Under the pieces are notes generated by a model. That model was not told where the DNA came from, ran no database searches, and saw nothing but the letters and a program-made list of their open reading frames with translations. The position numbers and the translations under genes were made by a program. A DNA stretch of 64,000 nucleotides from Elusimicrobiota bacterium. GTDB taxonomy: Bacteria > RUG730 > JBDRED01. The stretch spans positions 12,274-76,273 of the forward strand of contig JBDRED010000028.1 of assembly GCA_043820025.1 (NCBI GenBank), written 5' to 3'. Shown here in pieces: positions 16,851-26,783 of this stretch; the first letter of the stretch is position 1, and the number at the start of each line of letters is the position of its first letter.

Positions 16851-19121
16851 TTATCTGGCTTCTAAACGCCTGGCCACCTTTTCCTTATGATAAAACTCCA
16901 GGACATCGCGCTCAGCAAGCTCCTGATAACCTTCAATACTTATTCCGCACTCATATCCCTTATCCACTTCTTTAACATCATCCTTAAATCGTTTTAAATT
17001 CTGAATTTTACCTTCAAATAACTTAGCATTCCCTCGATAAACACGCACAAAATCGCCTCTTATGACTTTGCCTTCAGTTACCATTGACCCTGCGATGCGC
17101 CCAATCTTAGGAATTGCAATAATCTTTCTAACCTCTGCCTTACCTGTCACAACTTCCTTATAGTCAGGCTCTAGCAATCCTTCCATAGCGGCTTTGATAT
17201 CGCTGATTACTTCATAAATAATACTATAAGACCTTATATCAACGCCCTCTCTCTCTGCAGCAGCCAAAATACCGGCTGAAGGCGGCGCGCTGAAACAAAT
17301 CACTATTGCGTTAGACGCAGCGGCTAATATTATATCTGATTCATTCGCTGCGCCGACTCCACTGTGTATAACTCCGAGTTTGATCTCATTATTACTCATT
17401 TTTTCTAATGAATCGCGCAATGCTTCAACAGATCCTCTAACATCCGCTTTTAAAATAATATTGCATTCCTTAGCTTTCCCTTCTTCAATCTCTTTATGAA
17501 GCTCCTCAAGCGTAATATGTTTTTTTCGCGCCAGTTTCTCTTCTCTAAACATATCCTTTCTTTGTTCAGAAATATAACGAGCTTCCCGCTCATCGCTTAC
17601 CACAATAAACTTGTCTCCGGCAAGCGGTATTCCGTTAAGGCCCAGCACCTCAACAGGTATTGACGGAGTCGCTTCATTGTGCGACGCTCCCAAATCATCT
17701 ACCATAAAGCGCACCTTTCCATACGCAGATCCTGTTACAAATGAATCCCCTATCCTTAATGTTCCTTTCTGGATTAATACAGCCGCTACTGCTCCGCGTT
17801 TTTTATCCATCTTAGCTTCAACAACTACTCCTCTCGCTTTTCCTTCATAACTTGCTTTTAACTCAAGCATCTCAGATTGTAAAATAATCATTTCAATCAG
17901 GCCATCTATCCCAATATTCTTCTTTGCGGATATCTCGACACAAATCGTCTGCCCGCCCCAATCCTCCGGAACAAGCTTATACCGCATAAGATCCTGCTTA
18001 ACCTTTTCAACATTCGCGCCCGGAACATCTATCTTATTTATAGCTACAATAATAGGCACACCTGCCGCGCGCGCGTGGTCAATAGCCTCAACTGTCTGAG
18101 GCATAATACTATCATCGGCCGCCACAACAATAATTACAATATCAGTAACTTTCACTCCTCTCGCGCGCATTGCAGTAAAAGCCTCATGGCCCGGAGTATC
18201 CAGGAAAATTATTTCATTACCATTCTTGTGAACTCGATACGCGCCCATATGCTGTGTAATGCCGCCGGCTTCCTTGTCTACAATATTTGATTTACGAATA
18301 GTATCTAGAAGTGTCGTCTTTCCATGATCAACATGCCCCATTATTGTAACAACAGGCGGCCTTGGGGAAACAATTCCTTCCTTCTCCTCTTCCTCATCTA
18401 TATCTCCATATAGAGGCACGAGCTCAATAACCGAATTATATTCCTCTGCCACAAGAGACGCCACATCAAAATCAAGCCTCTGATTAATAGTTGCCAAAGT
18501 ACCTAGCGATAAAAGCTTCTTTATCAGGTCTGTGACTTCTATGCCGAGCTTCTCAGACAGAGTTTTTACAGTAAGCGTTTCATTTACCTTTATTATCTTT
18601 TTCTCTATTATTTCAGGCTTAACTTCTTCTGTAACAGCCTTTGTATATTCTTTTGTTACTTCTTTTTCAGCCGGTTTCTGTTCAGTCTTTTTTTCTTCTG
18701 CTATTTGCGGCTCTGCTTTCTTTTCCTTCGCAGTAACATGCGCCTTCTTTACAATCTCCTTTTTTTCTTCCTTAATAATATCTTCTTTAATAATATCTTC
18801 TTTTATAGCGCCGGTTTCTTCAACCGCCTTTTTTGAGATTCTTTTTTTTGCCGGAACTTTTTTAACTGCCGTCTCTTTTGCTTCAGTAGTTTTCTTCGCG
18901 GTCTTTTTTGCAGCTGCTTTTACCGGCTTCTTTTCATCCGCAGTTAGTTCTATCTTCTTAGCCTTTGCGGCAGCTTTAGGCGTTTTTTTAACAGCCTTAG
19001 CTTTAGGCTTTATAGTCTTCTTAGTTTTTGTTCCGGCTTTCTCAGCTGTTTTAGACTTAGGCGTAGCGCCTTTAGCCGTTTTTTTATCTTTTATTTCATC
19101 TTCTGTTTTCTTTTTCGGCAT
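16851..19121 (-). CDS. infB: translation initiation factor IF-2
   Basis: 756 aa. K/A/E-rich N-terminus, then [20 protein letters not shown] and NKID GTPase motifs. Confidence 0.97.
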   Translation of the reverse strand: MPKKKTEDEIKDKKTAKGATPKSKTAEKAGTKTKKTIKPKAKAVKKTPKAAAKAKKIELTADEKKPVKAAAKKTAKKTTEAKETAVKKVPAKKRISKKAVEETGAIKEDIIKEDIIKEEKKEIVKKAHVTAKEKKAEPQIAEEKKTEQKPAEKEVTKEYTKAVTEEVKPEIIEKKIIKVNETLTVKTLSEKLGIEVTDLIKKLLSLGTLATINQRLDFDVASLVAEEYNSVIELVPLYGDIDEEEEKEGIVSPRPPVVTIMGHVDHGKTTLLDTIRKSNIVDKEAGGITQHMGAYRVHKNGNEIIFLDTPGHEAFTAMRARGVKVTDIVIIVVAADDSIMPQTVEAIDHARAAGVPIIVAINKIDVPGANVEKVKQDLMRYKLVPEDWGGQTICVEISAKKNIGIDGLIEMIILQSEMLELKASYEGKARGVVVEAKMDKKRGAVAAVLIQKGTLRIGDSFVTGSAYGKVRFMVDDLGASHNEATPSIPVEVLGLNGIPLAGDKFIVVSDEREARYISEQRKDMFREEKLARKKHITLEELHKEIEEGKAKECNIILKADVRGSVEALRDSLEKMSNNEIKLGVIHSGVGAANESDIILAAASNAIVICFSAPPSAGILAAAEREGVDIRSYSIIYEVISDIKAAMEGLLEPDYKEVVTGKAEVRKIIAIPKIGRIAGSMVTEGKVIRGDFVRVYRGNAKLFEGKIQNLKRFKDDVKEVDKGYECGISIEGYQELAERDVLEFYHKEKVARRLEAR

Positions 19122-19124
19122 AGG

Positions 19125-20396
19125 CTATTTCTCCTTTTTCTTTTTTTTCACATATTTTTTCACTGCGTTTACTATTTTATCAGCCATCTTATCGCCAATA
19201 CCCTGCAATCCCATTAATTCATCTTTTGATGTTACAACCAAACGATCCATTGAATATCCGGCCTTAACTAAAAGCGCGGCTGTTTTTTCTCCGATCCCGT
19301 CCAATGCAAGTATCTCGTCATGAGTTACAGCCATCTTCTCTTCTTTATCCTGCTTTCTCTGTTTTTCGCTCTTTATATCTAAGTGCCATCCCAAAAGCCT
19401 TGCAGCCAGCCTGACATTTTGCCCCATCTTGCCAATAGCCAGAGATAACTGATCATCAGCTACGATTATATCAGCCTTCTTTTTTTCTTGATCAATAATA
19501 ATATTAAGCAGTTTAGCAGGATTAAGCGCATTCCCAATGTATGTCTTTACATCATTGCTGTACAACACAAGATCTATCTTTTCGCCGCCTATCTCTTCAA
19601 TAATAGCCTTTATGCGCGATCCCTTAACTCCTACGCAGGCTCCGACAGGATCCACCTTTATATTATGCGAAATTACCGCAACCTTAGATCTGAATCCGGG
19701 CTCGCGCACAATACCCTTTATCTCAACTGTCTTGTCTGAAACTTCAGGAACCTCTAGATCAAAAAGCTTATGTAAAAACCCCGGATGCGTCCTGGATAAT
19801 ATAATCTTAGGCCCGCGCGGCATCTGTTCAACCTTAAGCACATACGCTTTTACAAAATTACCCGGCCTATATTCTTCTCTTGGAATTTGCTCGCGCTCAG
19901 GTAAAATACCCTCTGTCTTTCCAAGATCAACAACTACTGTGTTACCTGCAAGCCTATACACCTGCCCATTAACTATATCTCCTTCACGCTCCTTAAATTC
20001 TGTAAACAAGTTATCCTTTTCTGTTTCGCGTATACGCTGAATAATTACCTGCTTTGCTGTCTGAGCGGCAATTCTACCAAAATTAGTTGTATCAATTTTT
20101 ATTTTAATCTCATCGCCTATCTTAGCGTCCTTTTTAATCTTCTGCGCCTGGCTCAGATCAATCTCAACCTGGGGATCTTCAACATTCTTAACCACGTTCT
20201 TTATCACAAACGCTTCAATCATGCCTGTCTCTTTATTAATATGCGCCTCAGCAACTTGTGATTTTCCTGAATGTTTTTTAAATGCTGATACAAGAGCCTG
20301 CTCGATCATCTTTAATAAATCTTCTTTTTTTATGCCTTTATCCCTTTCTATCTGTTCGAGAACCGGCAATAATTCCCCGCCAATATTAGCTACCAT
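19125..20396 (-). CDS. nusA: transcription termination/antitermination factor NusA
   Basis: 423 aa with S1 and KH regions and a C-terminal HhH (LDGIGEKTAALL..LQGIGDKMADKI). Confidence 0.95.
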   Translation of the reverse strand: MVANIGGELLPVLEQIERDKGIKKEDLLKMIEQALVSAFKKHSGKSQVAEAHINKETGMIEAFVIKNVVKNVEDPQVEIDLSQAQKIKKDAKIGDEIKIKIDTTNFGRIAAQTAKQVIIQRIRETEKDNLFTEFKEREGDIVNGQVYRLAGNTVVVDLGKTEGILPEREQIPREEYRPGNFVKAYVLKVEQMPRGPKIILSRTHPGFLHKLFDLEVPEVSDKTVEIKGIVREPGFRSKVAVISHNIKVDPVGACVGVKGSRIKAIIEEIGGEKIDLVLYSNDVKTYIGNALNPAKLLNIIIDQEKKKADIIVADDQLSLAIGKMGQNVRLAARLLGWHLDIKSEKQRKQDKEEKMAVTHDEILALDGIGEKTAALLVKAGYSMDRLVVTSKDELMGLQGIGDKMADKIVNAVKKYVKKKKKEK

Positions 20397-20481
20397 TTGT
20401 TCCTCCTAATAAGTTTAATAAATTTAATTATTTACCAAATATCATTCAATTCTAAATAAAAACCCTTTCATAAAATATTGT

Positions 20482-20514
20482 AAAAATAAAAAAGCCGCCC
20501 TAAATCGGGAGGCT
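20482..20514 (-). terminator. rho-independent terminator after pilD
   Basis: The reverse strand reads AGCCTCCCgatttaGGGCGGCT followed by TTTTTTATTTTT. Confidence 0.65.
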
Positions 20515-20547
20515 CTTTAAACCTAATCTATGTAAATTAAACAAAAT

Positions 20548-21327
20548 TTAGCCAAAAAAAGCAAGATATTTTCCGGCGTATAAATATATCAAAACTCCGA
20601 TACTCATAAACGGCCCAAAGGCCATCTTATCCTTTCTGCTTTTTTGCCCTGTGATTATAAGAGTTATTCCTGCGACAGAAGCCGCAAGACTGCTATAAAA
20701 TAACACAAAAACTACGCTTGAAAATCCAAAAACAGACCCAATTCCGGCCATATATTTAATATCACCGCCACCCAGCGCCTCCTGCTTGAAAACCTTTTCT
20801 CCAAACAGCGCGATTATCCACATAACCAGCCCGCCCCATAAAAGTCCGGCGAACGAATACAAAACCGCAGTAAGTCCCTGCTTCCCCGGTAAGGGATTTA
20901 CCAACGAAACTAAGAGCCCGAAAATTATCATACCCACAGTTAATTCATCAGGAAGTATCTGATGTTTAAAATCTATAACCGTCATAGTATATATAAAGAA
21001 AAGCAATACCGCTTCTATACCTGATTGGATACTTATTCCATGCATTAGATATGGAACAAAAAAAAGAAGAACCATTACAATCTCTGAAACAGGATATAAC
21101 AAAGAAATTCCGGAACCACAATATTTACATCGCCCCTTTAAAAAGAGATAACTGACTATCGGCACTAAATCAAGCGCGCCAAGCTTTTTGCCACAATGCG
21201 CGCACTCGGATCTTGAAAACATATAAGGCTTATTGTATGGAAGCCTGCATATTAGAACATTTGCAAAGCTTCCAAAAGCTAAACCTAAAAAAATAATAAT
21301 TGTTATGTGTAATATAACCATAATCAT
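20548..21327 (-). CDS. pilD: prepilin peptidase (A24 family)
   Basis: 259 aa and polytopic. Contains Cys pairs CAHCGKKL..CKYCG and GGGDIKYM (catalytic Asp). Confidence 0.9.
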   Translation of the reverse strand: MIMVILHITIIIFLGLAFGSFANVLICRLPYNKPYMFSRSECAHCGKKLGALDLVPIVSYLFLKGRCKYCGSGISLLYPVSEIVMVLLFFVPYLMHGISIQSGIEAVLLFFIYTMTVIDFKHQILPDELTVGMIIFGLLVSLVNPLPGKQGLTAVLYSFAGLLWGGLVMWIIALFGEKVFKQEALGGGDIKYMAGIGSVFGFSSVVFVLFYSSLAASVAGITLIITGQKSRKDKMAFGPFMSIGVLIYLYAGKYLAFFG

Positions 21328-21350
21328 CCAATCAACTTATTAATACAAAT

Positions 21351-21383
21351 AAAAAAGGAGGTTTTTTTAAACCTCCTTTTTTT
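21351..21383 (-). terminator. bidirectional rho-independent terminator after the pilin gene
   Basis: AAAAAAGGAGGTTTttttAAACCTCCTTTTTTT is a perfect stem with A and T runs on both sides. Confidence 0.8.
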
Positions 21384-21408
21384 ATTAAACAGATATTATT
21401 CTATTTAT

Positions 21409-21819
21409 TTACCAAGTGCTGATAACTACGCCCTTTGTATCTGTGTGCGAACAATTTACGCAAACATGCCCGGTTGCTGAGTCATAATACCAGCCGCCGG
21501 CATCATTTGTCCCGCCGTTAACTTTAACAGCCGCTGAATCTGCGTGATAGGTTCCAAGCCTTACCTGAGGAATGCTATCAATAAATGTTCCAACGAAAGG
21601 AGCAGTTGCAATCGTTGTTGGGAATTCACCTTCGCTCTGGCCATAATAAATCGAAATTGCGCTTCTGACCGCGCCTAATCCACCCTTTGTAGCGCCTTCT
21701 TTTGACTTACGAATAAGATCAGCAAATCTTGGCACAGCCACTGCTGCTAATATACCAATGATTGCCACAACGATCATAAGTTCGATAAGTGTAAAACCTT
21801 TCGGTCCCCTCTTTTGCAT
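21409..21819 (-). CDS. type IV pilin / pseudopilin
   Basis: 136 aa. The prepilin leader and N-methylation motif is MQKRGPKG/FTLIELMIVVAIIGILAA. A C-terminal Cys pair reads VCVNC. Confidence 0.9.
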   Translation of the reverse strand: MQKRGPKGFTLIELMIVVAIIGILAAVAVPRFADLIRKSKEGATKGGLGAVRSAISIYYGQSEGEFPTTIATAPFVGTFIDSIPQVRLGTYHADSAAVKVNGGTNDAGGWYYDSATGHVCVNCSHTDTKGVVISTW

Positions 21820-21856
21820 CAGGCACCTCCTTTAAAAGATTCTTTATTCTTTGGTA

Positions 21857-21886
21857 ATATTACATATTGATAAACGCTTTAGTCAA
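21857..21886 (-). promoter_or_regulatory. putative pilin promoter (TTGACT-18 nt-TAATAT)
   Basis: The reverse strand reads acTTGACTaaagcgtttatcaatatgTAATATtacc, ~35 nt upstream of the AGGAGG SD. Confidence 0.45.
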
Positions 21887-21911
21887 GTAAAAAATTAGTA
21901 TTTTATTCGAT

Positions 21912-21940
21912 TTTACATTTAATTCTATCTTTGCTATAAT
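21912..21940 (+). promoter_or_regulatory. putative mazG promoter (TTTACA-17 nt-TATAAT) ending 5 nt before the ATG
   Basis: TTTACAtttaattctatctttgcTATAATccggcATG. There is no SD, which predicts a leaderless mRNA. Confidence 0.5.
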
Positions 21941-21945
21941 CCGGC

Positions 21946-22371
21946 ATGAAGATTAATAAAAAGAAAAAAGAACACTACACATTTAAAGAACTCGTCGAAA
22001 TAATGCTTTATCTGCGCAGCGAAAAAGGCTGTCCCTGGGATAAAAAACAAACTCATTTATCGCTTATAAAATATCTTCGGGAAGAGACCGAAGAAACAAT
22101 AGAAAATATAGAAAATAATTTACTTGAACACGACCTAAAGGAAGAACTAGGCGATATACTTCTTCAAATACTTTTTCATTCTCAAATCGCCGATGAAGAA
22201 AAAAGGTTTAATATTTACGACGTAATTGACACGCTGGCAAGAAAACTCATAAGGCGTCATCCTCATGTATTTGCAGGAAAAAAAATAAAAACCTTAAAGG
22301 AACTAAATAAGGCATGGCAGGAAATAAAGGACAAAGAAAAAAAAAGACCAAAAAAAATCTCTATAGTTTGA
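21946..22371 (+). CDS. mazG: MazG-family nucleoside triphosphate pyrophosphohydrolase
   Basis: 141 aa. Contains CPWDKKQTH, EETEETIE, ELGDILLQ and RRHPHVF. Confidence 0.85.
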   Translation: MKINKKKKEHYTFKELVEIMLYLRSEKGCPWDKKQTHLSLIKYLREETEETIENIENNLLEHDLKEELGDILLQILFHSQIADEEKRFNIYDVIDTLARKLIRRHPHVFAGKKIKTLKELNKAWQEIKDKEKKRPKKISIV

Positions 22372-22396
22372 AATAGACCCGCTTTTTCAGAACAAA

Positions 22397-23686
22397 CTAC
22401 GCAAGTTTATCTCTCAGTTTTCTATGATATGCCACAGCGAATCTATGCGCTTCATCGCGCACTCTCTGCAAAAGTTTTAATACGCCGGACTCCTTGCTTA
22501 ATATAATTGGCGCATTAAAACCGGGTTTAAACAGCCATTCATTCTTTTTCGCTATCCCGATAACAGGAACAATTTTTCCATATTTATTCATCTCATCATA
22601 TGCCGCATTTACCTGTCCTTTGCCTCCATCAATAAGATACAAATCTATATCATCCGAATCTTTGCCCGCAATACATCTTTTAATTATCTCTCTCATCATA
22701 GCAACATCGTTCGGCGTTTCTTTTGTAAACCGTATTTTATATTTCCTATACCTATCTTTATTGGGTTTTCCGTCAGTAAAAAAAACGCGCGAACCAACAG
22801 CATAATTTCCGGATATATTTGAAATATCAAAACCGGCAATATTATGAACCGTATGCGCAATACCCAAAACAACATCTATTCCTTGCTCTACATTTTTCAC
22901 GCTCTTAATCATATCATTAATAATTCCCTCATTTATTTCCCATAGGCGTATATCATGGCGCGTCAATGTGTCAAGAATCTCTACATTCTTTTTTATTATA
23001 TCAGCCTCTTCAAATCTTAAGTCTTTGCAGTATTCCTTTATCTGACTCTTCCATTTCTTTACTACGCTCGCGCATCTTCCTGACACAAACGCCTTAACGT
23101 CTTTTACAATCTTTGCGTATTCTTTTGTATCAATCTGATTAACGCATGGAGCAAGGCATCGTCCCATCTGTCCATGCAGGCACGGCCTGGCATATTTCCT
23201 GCCGGTTATATCCTTTCCGCACTTTCTTATTAGGAACAATTTTTCCGCAAGCTTCTTAACTCTTCGAAGCAGTCCGGCGTCAACATACGGGCCAAAATAC
23301 ACACTGCCGTCCTTAACAAATTTTCTTGTTATCTCTAAATACGGGTATGGATTATTGACCAGCTTTAGATATGGATACGTTTTTGAATCTTTGAGGTCAA
23401 TATTATATTTAGGCCTGAATTTTTTAATTAGTTTATCTTCCCAGAGCAATGCTTCGCGTTCGCCATGAGTCGCCATAAATTCTATATATCTGACATTAGC
23501 CATCATGACCATGGTTTTAATATAATCGGTTTCTCTGAAATAACTCAGGAGCCTTGACCTTAATGATTTGGATTTTCCAATATAAATAATCTTGTTTGTA
23601 TTATCCTTAAAAAAATACACTCCGGGTTTTTTGGGCACGTTGGAGAGCTGTTGACGCAGATATTCTAATTTGTCATTTGCCGCCAT
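22397..23686 (-). CDS. uvrC: excinuclease ABC subunit C, compact form lacking the C-terminal (HhH)2 domain
   Basis: 429 aa. GIY-YIG motif (GVYFFKD..IIYIGKSKSLRSR), RPCLHGQMGRCLAPC, a UVR-like helix, and an endonuclease domain FDISNISG..LIDGGKGQ..RDEAHRFAVAYHRKLR followed directly by the stop. Confidence 0.85.
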   Translation of the reverse strand: MAANDKLEYLRQQLSNVPKKPGVYFFKDNTNKIIYIGKSKSLRSRLLSYFRETDYIKTMVMMANVRYIEFMATHGEREALLWEDKLIKKFRPKYNIDLKDSKTYPYLKLVNNPYPYLEITRKFVKDGSVYFGPYVDAGLLRRVKKLAEKLFLIRKCGKDITGRKYARPCLHGQMGRCLAPCVNQIDTKEYAKIVKDVKAFVSGRCASVVKKWKSQIKEYCKDLRFEEADIIKKNVEILDTLTRHDIRLWEINEGIINDMIKSVKNVEQGIDVVLGIAHTVHNIAGFDISNISGNYAVGSRVFFTDGKPNKDRYRKYKIRFTKETPNDVAMMREIIKRCIAGKDSDDIDLYLIDGGKGQVNAAYDEMNKYGKIVPVIGIAKKNEWLFKPGFNAPIILSKESGVLKLLQRVRDEAHRFAVAYHRKLRDKLA

Positions 23687-23718
23687 AACTTCCTCAAATA
23701 AATTTTATAAGTTTAAAA

Positions 23719-23741
23719 AGTTATTATAATTCTTCTGTATT
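23719..23741 (-). promoter_or_regulatory. conserved ATTATAATAAC box with TTCTG tract upstream of uvrC
   Basis: The reverse strand reads ACAGAAGAATTATAATAACT. The TATAAT lies 36 nt before the uvrC ATG. Confidence 0.5.
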
Positions 23742-23771
23742 TTTATCCGGCCTTCAAGCTGGGCTGCATTC

Positions 23772-25319
23772 TTATTTTCTTATTCTATTTTTTATTGCGT
23801 TATAAAAAATATGCGCCTCTTCTACTTTTAGAAAATATGTTATTATTCCATAAACAACTGTTCCGAATACAATTGAAACAAGCACCTGCAAAAGCTTATG
23901 TCCGGCAAAAACCGCATACGCTGAAAAATAACAGACACCGCCCATAATAAACCCTGCTAAAATAACCTTTAATGCTGTCCAGAAAATGCGCTTCAATCCT
24001 AATTTTCCAATTTTCTGCCTCAACGCGCTCATCAGAAATATTACATTAAACGCAGAAGATATCGCTGTGGCAAGCGCTAATCCCCCGACATTTAAATAAT
24101 TAATCAAGATAATATTAAGTTCAACATTTAATATCATAGCAAACACCGCGATCTTTACGGGAGTTTTAGTGTCTTTCAGCGCATAAAACGCGGTAGCTAA
24201 AATCTTTACGCCTGCGTAAGCGCTAATGCCAATAGCGTAAAAAACAAGCGCAAACGCTGTCATCTCACTCGCTCTCGCGTCAAACCTTCCTCGTTCAAAC
24301 AATACGCTGACTATCGGTTTTGCTAAAATCATTAAACCTATCGACGACGGAACCAGAAGATACATCATAATGCGCATGCTTGATTGAATTGTGGCCTTCA
24401 TCTCTTCAATGTTTTTATAAGCCGCTGATTTAGATAGAGAAGGCAGGGAAACGCTCGCAACGGCTATTCCGAATAATGCCAGCGGAAACAGCATCAAGTG
24501 ATTCGCGTAGTAAAGCGCCGTAACACTGCCCTCAGCCAGCCATGACGCGCAAATAACGTCAACAAATGCGTTTATCTGATCCACAGACACAGCAATGGTC
24601 GAAGGCGCCATGAGCATAAGCACCCGCCTGAATCCCTTATTTGCTGATTCAAAATATGGCGCTATCTTTATTTTACTTTTTATTATAGACGGCAATTGAA
24701 ATAAGCACTGCATTGCTCCGCCGCATACAACTCCTACCGCAAGCCCCTTTATCGGCACTGCTAAAAATGGGCAGACAACAAAAAGAAAAAATAATTCTGA
24801 AATACTCAAGAAACAAGGCGCTGCCGCAGGCACCATGAAAATTTGATGCGCGTGGAGTATACCCATAAAAATAGCGGATAACCCAATAGCAATGAAGAAC
24901 GGGAACATTAAACGCGTCAGCGTCACAGCTAAACGCATGCGCTCAGGATACGACGTAAATCCGGGAGCTATGGTTTTTACAATAAGCGGAGTAAACACAA
25001 TGCCTAGAATTGTTACTATAATCAAAATAATGGTGAAAAAAGTTATAACAGTGCCTAAGAACTTATCCCTTTCTTCCCGGGTTTTATGTTCTAAATATTC
25101 TGTATAAATCGGTATAAAGGCAGCAGTAAGCGACCCCTCGCCCAAGAGCCTCCGTAAGAGATTTGGTATTCTGTAAGCCACATAAAAGGAGTCTGCTACC
25201 CAATTAGCTCCAAAAAAATTCGCTATAGCCATATCACGCGCATAACCCAAAATCCTGGACATAAGCGTTCCTGTAGTGATTTTGCCGACATTACGTAATA
25301 TGTGTTTAGTTTGATTCAT
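23772..25319 (-). CDS. murJ: lipid II flippase MurJ (MviN)
   Basis: 515 aa with ~14 TM segments. The N-terminus ..TLMSRILGYARDMAIANFFG..DSFYVAYRIPNLLRRLLGEGSL is typical of MurJ. Confidence 0.92.
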   Translation of the reverse strand: MNQTKHILRNVGKITTGTLMSRILGYARDMAIANFFGANWVADSFYVAYRIPNLLRRLLGEGSLTAAFIPIYTEYLEHKTREERDKFLGTVITFFTIILIIVTILGIVFTPLIVKTIAPGFTSYPERMRLAVTLTRLMFPFFIAIGLSAIFMGILHAHQIFMVPAAAPCFLSISELFFLFVVCPFLAVPIKGLAVGVVCGGAMQCLFQLPSIIKSKIKIAPYFESANKGFRRVLMLMAPSTIAVSVDQINAFVDVICASWLAEGSVTALYYANHLMLFPLALFGIAVASVSLPSLSKSAAYKNIEEMKATIQSSMRIMMYLLVPSSIGLMILAKPIVSVLFERGRFDARASEMTAFALVFYAIGISAYAGVKILATAFYALKDTKTPVKIAVFAMILNVELNIILINYLNVGGLALATAISSAFNVIFLMSALRQKIGKLGLKRIFWTALKVILAGFIMGGVCYFSAYAVFAGHKLLQVLVSIVFGTVVYGIITYFLKVEEAHIFYNAIKNRIRK

Positions 25320-25340
25320 GTCATTACCTTTTTCAATCTC

Positions 25341-25355
25341 AGAGGGGACAGTCCC
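25341..25355. repeat. AGAGGGGACAGTCCC palindromic repeat copy
   Basis: The same 15-mer occurs on the opposite strand at 53585-53599. It is related to the GGGGACAGTCCCC units at 53531 and 53566. Confidence 0.7.
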
Positions 25356-25471
25356 TGTTAAATTCTTCTGAATCCTGAATTCTATTTATAATAATACATA
25401 ATACATTTTTTGTTTGACTTTTTCTATTGTTTTTGTTAACTTAAACTACACTTTTTTAGGAGGCTAACACT

Positions 25472-25750
25472 ATGGCAAAGCTTAAAACCGGAAGGCATAC
25501 ATCAGCATTAAAGGAACTGCGTAAGAGTATAAAACGAAAGGCTAACAACGCCCCACGTAAAACATATATACGCACATTAACAAAAAAGATCGAACTTGCC
25601 GTAAAAAACAAGGATCTCGATGGCGTTAAGAAACTTCTTAATGAGGCTTTTTCCGCATTTGACCGCGCTGCAAAAACAAACCTTATTCATAAGAAAAACA
25701 GCGATAGGAACAAATCACGCTTAGCGAAAAAGGTTTCATCTCTATCATAA
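25472..25750 (+). CDS. rpsT: 30S ribosomal protein S20
   Basis: 92 aa, basic, MAKLKTGRHTSALKELRKS..., with an AGGAGG SD. Confidence 0.93.
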   Translation: MAKLKTGRHTSALKELRKSIKRKANNAPRKTYIRTLTKKIELAVKNKDLDGVKKLLNEAFSAFDRAAKTNLIHKKNSDRNKSRLAKKVSSLS

Positions 25751-25766
25751 CGCAGTAATTATTAGA

Positions 25767-25808
25767 GGGCTAAACTCAGTAGTAATACCATTGAGCTTAG
25801 CCCTTTTT
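25767..25808 (+). terminator. rpsT terminator hairpin overlapping the 3' end of convergent holA
   Basis: GGGCTAAACTCA..TGAGCTTAGCCC followed by TTTTT. Confidence 0.6.
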
Positions 25809-26783
25809 AATAATACGCGTTATATCAACAATTATTCTTTCCATTATAATCTCAGGAGAAAGTTTTCCGGTCTTTATACTGCAGTCAGAGTCTGCAAGAA
25901 TATTAATTATCTGCGCTAATTGTTTATTATTGTATTTAGGCGCTGTATATTGAAAACTTGGATCAAGGAACGGAATAACGCGCAAAGACTTAAGCGCCTG
26001 GGCTGAAGCCGCTCCTTCTTGAATTAATGTATTGTACTTGTAGAACTTTATAAACCTGTCTGATAGTGCGTATAGCATAAAATTCAGAGAGCGCGGATCA
26101 TTTAATGATATATGCAAAAGCATTCTTAACGCGTCTTTATACTTGCCATCGCTCACCTTCGCGCTCCATTCATAAACATTCGAATCTCCGGAAAGCATAA
26201 CAGCCGCGACATCATCGCGCGTAATAACGCCTCTCCCTTCGCTATAACTAATCATTGACTCTATCTCTTTGCCAACATCAACTGTGTTTTCGCCCACAAG
26301 CTCAACAAACGCGTGAAGAGCGTCTTCATTTATGCGCGCCTTTCTTTTTAGGCATTCCGCATACACAAGTTTTGTCAGATCAGATTTTTTGTACGGCCAA
26401 AATATCCTGGCATCGGAATTATCAGTCAAGGTTTTAAACCATGCTTCTGATTTATTCGGACGTTCGGGGTTTACAACTATTAGATAAGTAAATGGGCTTG
26501 GATTCTTAGAATATTCAGCAAGCTTTTTTTTATCTTTAGCTTGATACGCTCCGGCGTTTTTAAGTATTATTAATCTCTTTTGCGACGAGAAAGGCAGTGT
26601 ATTTGCGGTCTGAGCAACTTCGTCAAATCCTGTTTCGTCAGCATAAAAAATATTTATATCAAATTCAGAAATCCCCTCCTTAACAAACCCGGCCTTTAGA
26701 GCATCTACCTCTCTATCTATAGCAATGCTGTTAGCTCCTGAATAAAAATAAATATTAGCGCTCTTCTGCTTTGCTTTTGCCAT
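25797..26783 (-). CDS. holA: DNA polymerase III delta subunit
   Basis: 328 aa in the conserved leuS-lptE-holA position. The N-terminus is HolA-like (IYFYSG..D...ID). Its start overlaps the lptE stop. Confidence 0.8.
   Translation of the reverse strand: MAKAKQKSANIYFYSGANSIAIDREVDALKAGFVKEGISEFDINIFYADETGFDEVAQTANTLPFSSQKRLIILKNAGAYQAKDKKKLAEYSKNPSPFTYLIVVNPERPNKSEAWFKTLTDNSDARIFWPYKKSDLTKLVYAECLKRKARINEDALHAFVELVGENTVDVGKEIESMISYSEGRGVITRDDVAAVMLSGDSNVYEWSAKVSDGKYKDALRMLLHISLNDPRSLNFMLYALSDRFIKFYKYNTLIQEGAASAQALKSLRVIPFLDPSFQYTAPKYNNKQLAQIINILADSDCSIKTGKLSPEIIMERIIVDITRIIKKG

Noticed and set aside
18532-19323. 263-aa plus-strand ORF (and similar ones at 19537-20040, 39315-39929, 55214-55600, 60957-61448, 47768-48226 and 40534-40956) lying antisense to well-supported genes
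   Set aside because: These are low-complexity F/S/I-rich shadow ORFs fully overlapped by infB, nusA, the MetH-activation-like gene, dnaK, the giant OMP, pepP and secF. The minus-strand partners with a named family show clear family motifs. These ORFs have no SD sequences or recognisable motifs.
20397-20547. Missing rimP upstream of nusA
   Set aside because: The 151-nt gap holds only the pilD terminator and a promoter-like AT-rich stretch. Absence from this locus does not show absence from the genome, so it is not reported as a finding.
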